From contig BTVY01000018.1 of assembly GCA_045863335.1 (NCBI GenBank), forward strand, positions 1 through 64,000: 64,000 bases of DNA, given 5' to 3'. Below are positions 56,283-64,000 of this stretch, in pieces. The first letter of the stretch is position 1. The number at the start of each line of letters is the position of its first letter. The notes under the pieces are model-generated. The model was not told where the DNA came from, did no database searches, and saw only the letters and a list, made by a program, of their open reading frames with translations. Made by a program: the position numbers and the translations under genes. The DNA is from Candidatus Hydrogenedentota bacterium. GTDB lineage: Bacteria; Hydrogenedentota; Hydrogenedentia; Hydrogenedentales; SLHB01.

Positions 56283-56343
56283 GTCTTAGGTTCCTAGGAA
56301 GCGTTTTTGGAACACGCGGCGCTGCGTGTTGGGGGAGCGCATC

Positions 56344-57105
56344 ATGATACGAGTCGGCGGCAAACGCGTTGTGTTGTCTTCCGTCGCGGTGGTTGTGTTG
56401 GCGTGTCTGGCGGCCGTGGTTGCGATCCGGTGTCAGTCCCACGGGCCCATGCCGCAGGGCTTGCCGACCGCGGCCCCGGAAGGTCCGGGTTGGGTCAACC
56501 TGCTCGACCCGGAGCACGCCGGAGGTTGGGAGAACGTCACGGACGACTCCAACATCTTTGGAATCAGCGATGGTGTGCTCCACATTTACGGGCGCACGAT
56601 CTACCCGTTGCGGTACGTCGCGTATACGCCGGAGGAATTCGGCGATTTCGATCTCCACCTCGAATTCAAAGTGAGACACCGCGCGAACAGCGGCGTGTTT
56701 CTCCGAGCCAACCCGAGCGATCCCGTGGCGCGCGGGTTTGAAATCCAAGTCCTCGGCGATCACGGCAAGCTGCCGTCCAAGAACAGTTGCGGCGCCATTT
56801 ACGACGTGGTGACGCCCATGTTCAACATGTCCCGTCCACCACGCGAATGGAACAGTTACGACATCTCCGTGCGCGGAAAGCAGGTGACCGTCCTCATGAA
56901 CGGATGGAAGATTATCGAGACGGACTTCGCCTTGATGACAGAGCCTCTCGGAAAGTTCAAGGTCGCCTACACCGATCTCCCGCTCCAAGGCCTCATCGCG
57001 CTCCAGGATCACGGAGGCGAAGTCTGGTACCGGAACATCTACATCCGGAAACACACGGCCAATGCTACGATGTCCGACAGTCCTCAACGAGATGAGCCGA
57101 ATTAA
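56344..57105 (+). CDS. DUF1080 (3-keto-disaccharide hydrolase-like) protein
   Basis: N-terminal TM; GW..L, F.DF.L.LEF, NSGVF.R, EIQ, GAIY, EWN, IALQDHG..V.YRNI. Confidence 0.9.
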   Translation: MIRVGGKRVVLSSVAVVVLACLAAVVAIRCQSHGPMPQGLPTAAPEGPGWVNLLDPEHAGGWENVTDDSNIFGISDGVLHIYGRTIYPLRYVAYTPEEFGDFDLHLEFKVRHRANSGVFLRANPSDPVARGFEIQVLGDHGKLPSKNSCGAIYDVVTPMFNMSRPPREWNSYDISVRGKQVTVLMNGWKIIETDFALMTEPLGKFKVAYTDLPLQGLIALQDHGGEVWYRNIYIRKHTANATMSDSPQRDEPN

Positions 57106-57264
57106 CATCCCCCTTGATCCCCCTTCAAAGGGGGAGTTCAATACAACGCTATGCGTTGTGCCTTGAGGTCGTCGATAGCTTGGATTCGGAGCGCGCCCCG
57201 TAAAAAGAAACAATAAATATCCGGACGGGCCATTTCCCCCTTCGAAGGGGGATCAAGGGATGTT
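57104..57264. repeat. REP doublet (REPIN/MITE-like), copy 3
   Basis: Arms at 57104-57135 and 57235-57264; shares the internal ACAACGCTATGCGTTGTGC with copy 1. Confidence 0.85.
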
Positions 57265-57272
57265 TTTTCCCG

Positions 57273-58175
57273 CTACTCGTCATCGCGGGTCAGCCAGAAG
57301 CGCATCATCTTCGATACAAGGTCCGCTGCGTCATGGTGGACCCAATGGCCTGCGCCGGGCACAGTGACCAGCGTCAAGTCCTTCTCCAGCCACTCCCAGG
57401 TGCGGTTCAGCATGGCGTGGCTCAAGGCCCGGTCTTCCAACCCGTGGAACATGAGCACGGGCATCTTCATTTTCACCACCGGCGAAGTATCTTCCAGGTA
57501 GGGCTCGCGCGGGTAATTCATCTTGTAGTAGGCAAGCATGGCCTCAAAATCCGAAAGCTGAAAGGCCTCCAGGTACCGTTCTTTGATGAGATCGCTTTCG
57601 TCTGGCACAACCGCAGCCACCAGCGACTCTGCGGTCAAGGTCGCCGCCGCGTTGGGCTGTTGAAAGTTGCGCGCGTATTGGCTGTTTTTCTGCTGCACTT
57701 CATTGTGGGCGAGTTCCCGGGAGAACCCGCGCGGATGAGGCAGATTGCAGATGACCAGCCGTTCGGTCATCTCAGGACGCGCCATGGCGAACATCCACGC
57801 GACCGCGCCGCCCCAGTCGTGTCCCACGACGATTGCCCTGTCCTGCCCGTAGTGACGGATTACTGCTTCGACATCGCTGACCAGATGGGGCGCCGCGTAG
57901 TTCTCGACGCCCTCGGGTTTGTCGCTGAGGTTGTAGCCTCGAAGATCCATGGCGACGACGTGGAACCGATCAGACAACGCGGCCATCTGATGACGCCAGC
58001 TATACCAGAAATCCGGAAACCCATGAATCATCACAACCAGGGGGCCTTCGCCCAATGATGCTGCATGCAAGCGGACACCTTGGTTGTCGATGTAGTCGTG
58101 GGATACGTGATCGAAGATGTCCGAGTCTTCCGCCGCGGCCATCAAACATGAAGCAAGTGTAGCGAGCATCATCAT
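57273..58175 (-). CDS. Alpha/beta hydrolase, epoxide hydrolase-like
   Basis: [29 protein letters not shown] (Asp nucleophile), AGHWV. Confidence 0.9.
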   Translation of the reverse strand: MMMLATLASCLMAAAEDSDIFDHVSHDYIDNQGVRLHAASLGEGPLVVMIHGFPDFWYSWRHQMAALSDRFHVVAMDLRGYNLSDKPEGVENYAAPHLVSDVEAVIRHYGQDRAIVVGHDWGGAVAWMFAMARPEMTERLVICNLPHPRGFSRELAHNEVQQKNSQYARNFQQPNAAATLTAESLVAAVVPDESDLIKERYLEAFQLSDFEAMLAYYKMNYPREPYLEDTSPVVKMKMPVLMFHGLEDRALSHAMLNRTWEWLEKDLTLVTVPGAGHWVHHDAADLVSKMMRFWLTRDDE

Positions 58176-58266
58176 CGGGTTTCTCCTGAGTCAGGGACCA
58201 CGCCATCCGCGTTGCAAGACACGGCAAACCATTTCACGTTTCCAAGCATGACACACCATTCTGAGT

Positions 58267-58338
58267 ATCGCTATCGGCATCGGTATCGGTATCGCTGTCG
58301 GGCACTTTTCCACTTCGAACCCGATACCGATTTCGATT
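58267..58338. repeat. Inverted pair of ATCGNN/CGATNN hexamer arrays, second copy
   Basis: atcgct atcggc atcggt atcggt atcgct gtcggg, then cgaacc cgatac cgattt cgatt. Confidence 0.7.
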
Positions 58339-58446
58339 AGGCATTGACATCTATCTCGCGCGAGCGTAGACGGTTCCGGTGCAGCCCTTCGACAGACTAG
58401 CATTTTGCGCAGTTCGGTGCGAATGCTCGCATTTATCGCGGTTCTC

Positions 58447-58475
58447 TTGAACCCATTTCACCTGCAACGTACAAT
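58447..58475 (+). promoter_or_regulatory. Putative sigma-70 promoter for the sigma factor gene
   Basis: TTGAAC-N17-TACAAT, about 150 bp upstream of ATG 58623. Confidence 0.55.
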
Positions 58476-58622
58476 GAGGAAGCGGCAGTCTCGCATTTCC
58501 GCGGGTGGGTAACTCGAGACCGTCATCCCGTCGCTATCCGGTGGGATGATCGCCCCGCCGGACCGTGTTATTCCCGCATGTGTCGTGATTCCGAACTAGG
58601 CCCAAGTGGAAGAGGACCTCGG

Positions 58623-59453
58623 ATGTCCAATATCAGAGAAAGCGGCTTAAGCACGTATTTGGCCGAGATCTCCCGCATCCCGCTTCTGGCTACTTCGGAA
58701 GAGATTCGCCTTGCAGAGGAAGCCCAAAAAGGCAGCGCGGAAGCGCGGCGCAAGTTGATCGTCTCGAATCTGCGGCTCGTGGTGAGCATCGCGAAGAAGT
58801 ATCTCTACTACGGGCTGCCGTTGCAGGACCTCATCGAAGAAGGCAACATCGGCCTCATGAAGGCCGTCGAACGCTACGATCCGGGCCGGGGGTGCAAGTT
58901 CTCGACGTATGCGACGTGGTGGATCCGGCAGGCCATCACGCGGGCCTTGTCCAACTACGGGCGAACGGTGCGCATCCCGGTCTACGTGACGGACAACGTG
59001 GCGCGCTACAAGAAAACCGCCGAAGAGTTGTACATCAAGACCGGCAAACGGCCGGATGCAGAAGAAGTGGCCGAGGCCATGGGGATCAAGATTTCGGAAG
59101 CGCTCAAGCTGCAATCCTTCGTCGATGAGGTTTCGCCATTAGACAACCCGGAAACGATGAGCGATGACAACGGCCGGGGTATCCCCGAGGCCCTCGAACC
59201 GCGACGGGTAGACGAGGCCATCGCGCAGATCGAGTTGGACCAGCAGCTTGAAGAGATTATGAAGCAATTGAACCCCCGCGAGCAGAATATCATCCGGTTT
59301 CGCTACGGATTGATGGACGGCCGAGCCCACACGCTGGAGCAGACGGGGCGCAAGTTCAACCTGACGCGGGAGCGTATCCGCCAGATTGAAAACGACGTCA
59401 TGAAGCGGCTGCGCAAGTTCGTTTCCGAACGGGCTGACGACTTCGGGCCGTAG
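58623..59453 (+). CDS. RNA polymerase sigma-70 factor, RpoD/RpoS-like (group 2, no region 1.1)
   Basis: YL.EI...[56 protein letters not shown]. Confidence 0.93.
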   Translation: MSNIRESGLSTYLAEISRIPLLATSEEIRLAEEAQKGSAEARRKLIVSNLRLVVSIAKKYLYYGLPLQDLIEEGNIGLMKAVERYDPGRGCKFSTYATWWIRQAITRALSNYGRTVRIPVYVTDNVARYKKTAEELYIKTGKRPDAEEVAEAMGIKISEALKLQSFVDEVSPLDNPETMSDDNGRGIPEALEPRRVDEAIAQIELDQQLEEIMKQLNPREQNIIRFRYGLMDGRAHTLEQTGRKFNLTRERIRQIENDVMKRLRKFVSERADDFGP

Positions 59454-59612
59454 TTGGGGTATTTGGGGGCAGCGCCGTTACGCACCGGCGCACAGGAATT
59501 TCTGGTTGGGGACGCGCTCCTCACGATGCCCACGCACTCCGGCCGCGCGCATGAATTCCGCCGGCCTCCTTTGTCGTTATGATTGAATTGTGAGAAGGAG
59601 AACTAGACCCCG

Positions 59613-60134
59613 ATGGATCTCGCACCGCTTATTCGCAACGTTCCCGATTTCCCCATTCCGGGAATTCAATTCAAGGACATCACGACGCTGCTGCAACATC
59701 CCAAGGCGTTCCGCTTCATCATCGACGGATGGAAGCGCCGGTACGAGAGCCAAGGGATCACGGCCATCGTGGGCGCTGATGCGCGCGGCTTCATCTTCGG
59801 CGGCGCTCTTGCCTACGCCATGGACCTGCCCTTCGTGCCGGTCCGGAAGAAAGGCAAGTTGCCGGCGGACACGCTTTGCGAAGAGTACGAGTTGGAATAC
59901 GGCACCGCCGTCTTGGAGATTCATCGAGACGCGTTGAAGCCCGGCGATAAGGTTGTGCTTATTGACGATCTGCTGGCGACCGGCGGCACCATGCGCGCCA
60001 TCGCGAATATGGTAAAGCGTCTCGGCGCGGAGATTGTGGAGATTGCATTTGTGGTGGAGTTGCCCCCGCTGAAAGGACGCGAAAAGCTAACCGAATATCC
60101 CGTCCATTCGCTGGTGGAATTCATGGTGGAGTAA
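59613..60134 (+). CDS. apt: Adenine phosphoribosyltransferase
   Basis: IR.VPDFP.PGI.FKDIT, ARGF, RK.GKLP, Y.LEYG, IDDLLATGGT. Confidence 0.96.
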   Translation: MDLAPLIRNVPDFPIPGIQFKDITTLLQHPKAFRFIIDGWKRRYESQGITAIVGADARGFIFGGALAYAMDLPFVPVRKKGKLPADTLCEEYELEYGTAVLEIHRDALKPGDKVVLIDDLLATGGTMRAIANMVKRLGAEIVEIAFVVELPPLKGREKLTEYPVHSLVEFMVE

Positions 60135-60139
60135 GGAAG

Positions 60140-60976
60140 ATGACGACGCAGACGGTTCCCGGTTCGGATATTCAAATCATTCGCGACGTAGAGCGCGGGC
60201 GATTCAAGCACGCCCTCTTCGATTTCGACGGCACGGTCAGCCTCCTGCGCGAAGGCTGGCAGCAGGTCATGGGTCCGCTCATGGCCGAGATGATCTGTGA
60301 CGGCGGCACGCCGACGCCCGAGATTGAGAAGGCGGTCGCCGATTATGTGGATGAATCGACGGGCATCAACACGATCCTGCAGATGGAACACCTGGTCGAG
60401 ATGGTCCGCGACTACGGCATCGTGCCCGAGGACAAGATCCTCGACGCCCACGGCTACAAGAAGATTTACAACGATCGGCTCATGGAAGTGGTGCGCGAGC
60501 GCATCGCCAAGTTGAAATCCGGCGATCTGAAACCCGTCGATGTCACCGTCAAGGGGTCCCTCGATTTCGTCAAAGCTATCCACGACCGCGGACTGCACAT
60601 GTACATCTTCAGCGGCACCGACCGCGACGACGTACAGAACGAAGCGGCCCTCGTCGGTGCGGCGCAGTATTTCTCCGAGATCTGGGGCGCGCTCCGCACG
60701 TACGCGGAGAGCAACAAGGAAATGATCATCAAGGCCATCCTCGGCGAACACGATTTGCACGGATCCGAAGTGCTCGTCGTGGGCGACGGCCCGGTGGAGA
60801 TCCGGCTCGCCCACGAGCACGGCTGCGTCTCCGTCGGGGTATGTTCCGATGAGCTCCGGGGCCACGGGTGGAGCGAGGAAAAACGCGAACGGCTCACGCG
60901 CGCGGGCGCGGACATCCTCATTCCCGATTTCGGCGAGTGGGAAGCGCTGGTGGGGTACTTGTTCACTTCGTCTTAG
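60140..60976 (+). CDS. HAD family hydrolase
   Basis: LFDFDGT (motif I), SGT (II), K (III), VGDG (IV), GAD..I.DF. Confidence 0.9.
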   Translation: MTTQTVPGSDIQIIRDVERGRFKHALFDFDGTVSLLREGWQQVMGPLMAEMICDGGTPTPEIEKAVADYVDESTGINTILQMEHLVEMVRDYGIVPEDKILDAHGYKKIYNDRLMEVVRERIAKLKSGDLKPVDVTVKGSLDFVKAIHDRGLHMYIFSGTDRDDVQNEAALVGAAQYFSEIWGALRTYAESNKEMIIKAILGEHDLHGSEVLVVGDGPVEIRLAHEHGCVSVGVCSDELRGHGWSEEKRERLTRAGADILIPDFGEWEALVGYLFTSS

Positions 60977-60998
60977 AAACCGCCCAAAAGGACGCGCC

Positions 60999-61394
60999 AT
61001 GCAAGCGAAGGGGATCCTGGAGACTGCGCTGTATGTGGATGACCTGGACGCGGCGAAGGCGTTCTACCGCGATGTGCTGGGCCTGACGCTACACGCGGAG
61101 ATGGAAGGCCGTCACGCTTTCTTCCGTTGCGGCGATCGGATGTTTCTGGTGTTCGATCCCCAGACAACGATCGCGCCGAGCGATCGTTTTCCGGCCCATG
61201 GCGCGATCGGTCCCGGACACGTCGCTTTTGAACTGGATCCCGATTCGATCGATGCATGGCGCGAGCGTTTGGCGCTGGCAGGCGTTCCGATTGAGAAGGA
61301 GCTGGAATGGCCCAACGGCGGGTTCTCCATCTACTTCCGCGATCCCGCCGGCAACAGCGTTGAACTGGCGACCCGCCAGGTCTGGGGACTATGA
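60999..61394 (+). CDS. VOC/glyoxalase family protein
   Basis: LETALYV.DL..A..FY..VLGL, HGA.G.GH.AF, SIYFRDP.GN.VEL; ATG 60999. Confidence 0.9.
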   Translation: MQAKGILETALYVDDLDAAKAFYRDVLGLTLHAEMEGRHAFFRCGDRMFLVFDPQTTIAPSDRFPAHGAIGPGHVAFELDPDSIDAWRERLALAGVPIEKELEWPNGGFSIYFRDPAGNSVELATRQVWGL

Positions 61395-61405
61395 CGCCGT
61401 CCGCC

Positions 61406-62206
61406 TCAGTCCGTATGCATCGGTTCCCAGAGATACTGCCGCAGCGTATACCCCTGCCCCTCGACCGCCACGGCCGCCGCGTAGTCCGGCTCGGTCTCCA
61501 GCGCGAGCATGGACCACCGGCCCGCTTCGCCTTCGTCACCGTGCGTCATCAACAAGGCCGCCGGTTCGCCCGGCTTCAACGACACGTCGAAGGCGTCCAA
61601 TGGAAACGAAAGCCCTTCGCCGCGGGCTTTGATGTAGGCCTCCTTGCGGGTCCAGCAATTGAGGAAACCCGCTTCTCGTTGGTCCTTCGGTAAAGTCCGC
61701 AAGGTGTAGGCTTCCCGCGGCGAGAAGAAGCGATCGGCGATGCGCTGTCCGGCGAAATCCGGCCGGTTCCGTTCGATGTCGATCCCCACGTTTCGTCCAA
61801 GCACAAACGCGTAAACCACGAGCAACCCCGAATGGGCGAGGTTGAATCGTATCGAGGCGTCACCGGCGGAGTCCGCCAGCGCGGGTTTTCCGTGAGAGCT
61901 GTAGGAAAAGGAAATGCGGTCTGGAGCGACGCCGAGATAGCGGCCGAGAATGTCACGCAGTACGCCGCGTCCGACGATGTAGTATTCCCGGCCGCCGGGA
62001 TAGTGGAAGCGGTCGGCCCGCGTCTTCTCCTCGTCACACAGCGTTTCGCGCAATGCGCGAATGGTCTCGGCGGATTGATCGAGACGCGCGCGCCATACGT
62101 GCAATTCGCCGTCAGTCAGGGCGAGCGACTTCGGGCAATCGAGCCAGGCAGCATCGGGGGACGTCGGATTCATGGCAGTACCAGGGTTGTGGACCGTTCC
62201 TGCCAT
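61406..62206 (-). CDS. Sfp-type 4'-phosphopantetheinyl transferase
   Basis: GKP.L, FNLAHS, VGIDIE, WTRKEAYIKA.G.GL; start uncertain (62206 or 62173). Confidence 0.93.
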   Translation of the reverse strand: MAGTVHNPGTAMNPTSPDAAWLDCPKSLALTDGELHVWRARLDQSAETIRALRETLCDEEKTRADRFHYPGGREYYIVGRGVLRDILGRYLGVAPDRISFSYSSHGKPALADSAGDASIRFNLAHSGLLVVYAFVLGRNVGIDIERNRPDFAGQRIADRFFSPREAYTLRTLPKDQREAGFLNCWTRKEAYIKARGEGLSFPLDAFDVSLKPGEPAALLMTHGDEGEAGRWSMLALETEPDYAAAVAVEGQGYTLRQYLWEPMHTD

Positions 62207-62251
62207 TCACTGTAGGGACGCCGCAGGGGCGGAGTCAATAACCGGCTCGCG

Positions 62252-64000
62252 TTACGCGGACTGATCTTTCGGAACGGGATTCGGTTCGTACTCGGCCCGT
62301 GCGCGTTCCAGGCAGTCTTTCAGCGTAGCGCCGACGGTTTCGATGAACGGTTTGATCAGCATCACGGCGTGATTGCCGGGTACCGTAATAACTTCGAGAC
62401 CGCCGTCCGCGACCTCGCCCCATCCGAGGGTCGGGTCTTCGTGAAGCTTGTGCATCACCGACTGGTCTTCCGCGCGGAGCAGTGTGATCTTGCCTGAATA
62501 CGATTCGGGGATGTACTTGAGCAAGACCTTCCAATTCGCTTTCAGCACCTTCATGGCGCGCCGGGTAGACGGCTGCTGGATCAGCATGAGCCGCGAATCG
62601 CGGGTCACGACGTTGGCGATATCCGCGCGTTTGAGCAGCAGATCGCGGATGGCATCGGCCCACGCCCACGTGACGTACTCCCAAGCCGACGGTGCGTTCT
62701 TTCCGCTTCGCCCTTTCTTCAAGGCAGACGGTAGGATGAGGTAAATGCCGTCGCGAATGTAAGGGCCCGTGTGGCGGACGACATCGAAACACATGATGAG
62801 CTGGTTCCAACTCCACTTCAGCCGTTCGCGCCAGCTCTGGGTCCGCAACGTCAGCACGCGGGCTTCCGTATCCATGATGGCAAGTAGCGCGACCGTGTGC
62901 CCCGCCTTCGTGAGTTGTTGTGCGATCTCGAAGGCCACCGCGCCGCCAAATGACCAGCCGCCTACGTAATACGGCCCCTCCGGCTGAATGGCGCGAATCG
63001 CCGCGACGTGTTCCGCCGCGAGATCTTCCATCGTCTCGTAGGGTTCCTGGGTCGGGTTCAGGCTCGGATCCTGCAAGGCGTAAAACGGCGTCTCATCGCC
63101 AATATACTGGGGCAGGTTGAAGTACGTGTACGCGATCCCGCCAGCGGGCGCCGCGCAGAAGAACGGCGCGTGATCGCCTTTGGGCTGCACGCGAATGACA
63201 TGCTGGACCGTCTGCGCCACCGTCGGCTCGCCGCCGGACCCAAGGGTCTCCTCCACAGGAAGCGAATACCCGAGTTCGGCCGCGACGCGTCGCGAATACC
63301 CGCCGAGACGGCGTGGCAGGCGGATGCGTTTCCACACCGTGCCCAAGGCCGGATCGATATCCTTATGATTCATGAAATTCGGATCGCCAACAGGCGCCGA
63401 CGCCGAGTGAACGCCGTCGGTCATCCGCTTCCCTTCGTAGGGCTTGAGCACTGCCCGGTCGAAGGGAATCTCGAGGAACGCGCAGAGCGCCTTCATGGTC
63501 TTTTCGGGATCGCTCACCAGATCTTCGTAGCGCACGAGGTGATGCTTGGACTTAATCAACGGCGACAGGAAGTCCCGGATGTTGGCATTCATGACGGACC
63601 ACACGTCTTCGCCGAGCGCCATGGAGTCCGTCTCGCCTTCCGTCATCAACCGTTCAAAGCGATTGCGCATGAAGGACTCGATGGCGGAATACGGATGCCG
63701 CACGAGATGGATGTACTTGGCGCCTTCGAAAATGCGTTCAGCGTGTTCCAGCGTTTCGATGCTCGATCCATACGATGGAGACTTGTCGACCAGGATGCGC
63801 GGCGCCACCTTGTCCTGTAGCATGGCGTATACCCTCTCGACGGGCGCGTTCTCCCGGATCAACTGGTCAAGTTTCGCTTTGGATTCTTCCGCGGTCAAGC
63901 CATCCACTTCCATGAACGCGCGTTGCAGCCCTTCGCCGAGATAGGATTTGCCGAGATCCTCGCTCCACTCGCGCATGCTGTTGAATTGCAGCAGATGCAA
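62252..64000 (-). CDS. C-terminal end of a PKS/NRPS megasynthase: CurM/Ols-like sulfotransferase plus type I thioesterase (5' truncated by the window)
   Basis: Sulfotransferase: LGEGLQRA, LVDKSPSY, KYIHLVRHPY..IESF, YEDLV.DP, VGDPNF. Thioesterase: PFFC..PAGG, GPY..GGWSFGG, D, PGNH. The frame is open to the window edge. Confidence 0.9.
   Translation of the reverse strand: MHLLQFNSMREWSEDLGKSYLGEGLQRAFMEVDGLTAEESKAKLDQLIRENAPVERVYAMLQDKVAPRILVDKSPSYGSSIETLEHAERIFEGAKYIHLVRHPYSAIESFMRNRFERLMTEGETDSMALGEDVWSVMNANIRDFLSPLIKSKHHLVRYEDLVSDPEKTMKALCAFLEIPFDRAVLKPYEGKRMTDGVHSASAPVGDPNFMNHKDIDPALGTVWKRIRLPRRLGGYSRRVAAELGYSLPVEETLGSGGEPTVAQTVQHVIRVQPKGDHAPFFCAAPAGGIAYTYFNLPQYIGDETPFYALQDPSLNPTQEPYETMEDLAAEHVAAIRAIQPEGPYYVGGWSFGGAVAFEIAQQLTKAGHTVALLAIMDTEARVLTLRTQSWRERLKWSWNQLIMCFDVVRHTGPYIRDGIYLILPSALKKGRSGKNAPSAWEYVTWAWADAIRDLLLKRADIANVVTRDSRLMLIQQPSTRRAMKVLKANWKVLLKYIPESYSGKITLLRAEDQSVMHKLHEDPTLGWGEVADGGLEVITVPGNHAVMLIKPFIETVGATLKDCLERARAEYEPNPVPKDQSA

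Noticed and set aside
56068-57264. Palindromic 30-38-bp repeats considered as a CRISPR array or integron attC sites
   Set aside because: They are inverted pairs rather than direct repeats with unique ~35-bp spacers; there are no cas genes or integrase and no RYYYAAC/GTTRRRY ends.
57273-58175. Alpha/beta hydrolase as a trans-acting CurM-like thioesterase for the PKS
   Set aside because: It has an Asp nucleophile (GHDWG) and HGFP, typical of epoxide hydrolases, and is separated from the cluster by housekeeping genes.

Overview
A GC-rich bacterial chromosome segment (about 60-65% GC by eye) with about 52 protein-coding genes. I recognised no rRNA, tRNA, CRISPR array or transposase. The gene content (PSD1/PSCyt cytochrome, alginate-export-type barrels starting ADLQNVEVGG, Tat-exported sugar enzymes, BlaI/M56 fusions) suggests a Candidatus Hydrogenedentes or PVC-like diderm; this is an inference. 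Most of the window is ordinary: sugar catabolism, icd, an MCP, a PilGHI-like ABC system, mpl, a TetR-RND efflux operon, tadA, a sigma-70 factor and apt. Three parts stand out. (1) A lower-GC island at 1-5313 holds a sigma-54 enhancer-binding protein with an unassigned N-terminal domain that looks like a catalytically degenerate DHH fold. It is followed by an RNase J-like beta-CASP nuclease and an unknown ORF, and sits divergently from an AAA ATPase across back-to-back -24/-12 motifs. This is the best candidate for an undescribed sensing, defence or RNA-damage system. (2) A small defence island at 27.4-31.3 kb has an Eco29kI-like GIY-YIG endonuclease paired with an SPPY (amino, likely m4C) methyltransferase, a candidate structured sRNA and a HEPN/MNT toxin-antitoxin pair. 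(3) At the right edge is the end of a megasynthase whose CurM/Ols-like sulfotransferase is fused to a canonical GxSxG NRPS-type thioesterase, followed by an Sfp PPTase. Several families of short palindromic or tandem repeats are also present (REP doublets and 6-, 7- and 9-mers), and one has been recruited in frame into a protein. All family assignments come from reading motifs by eye; no searches were run.
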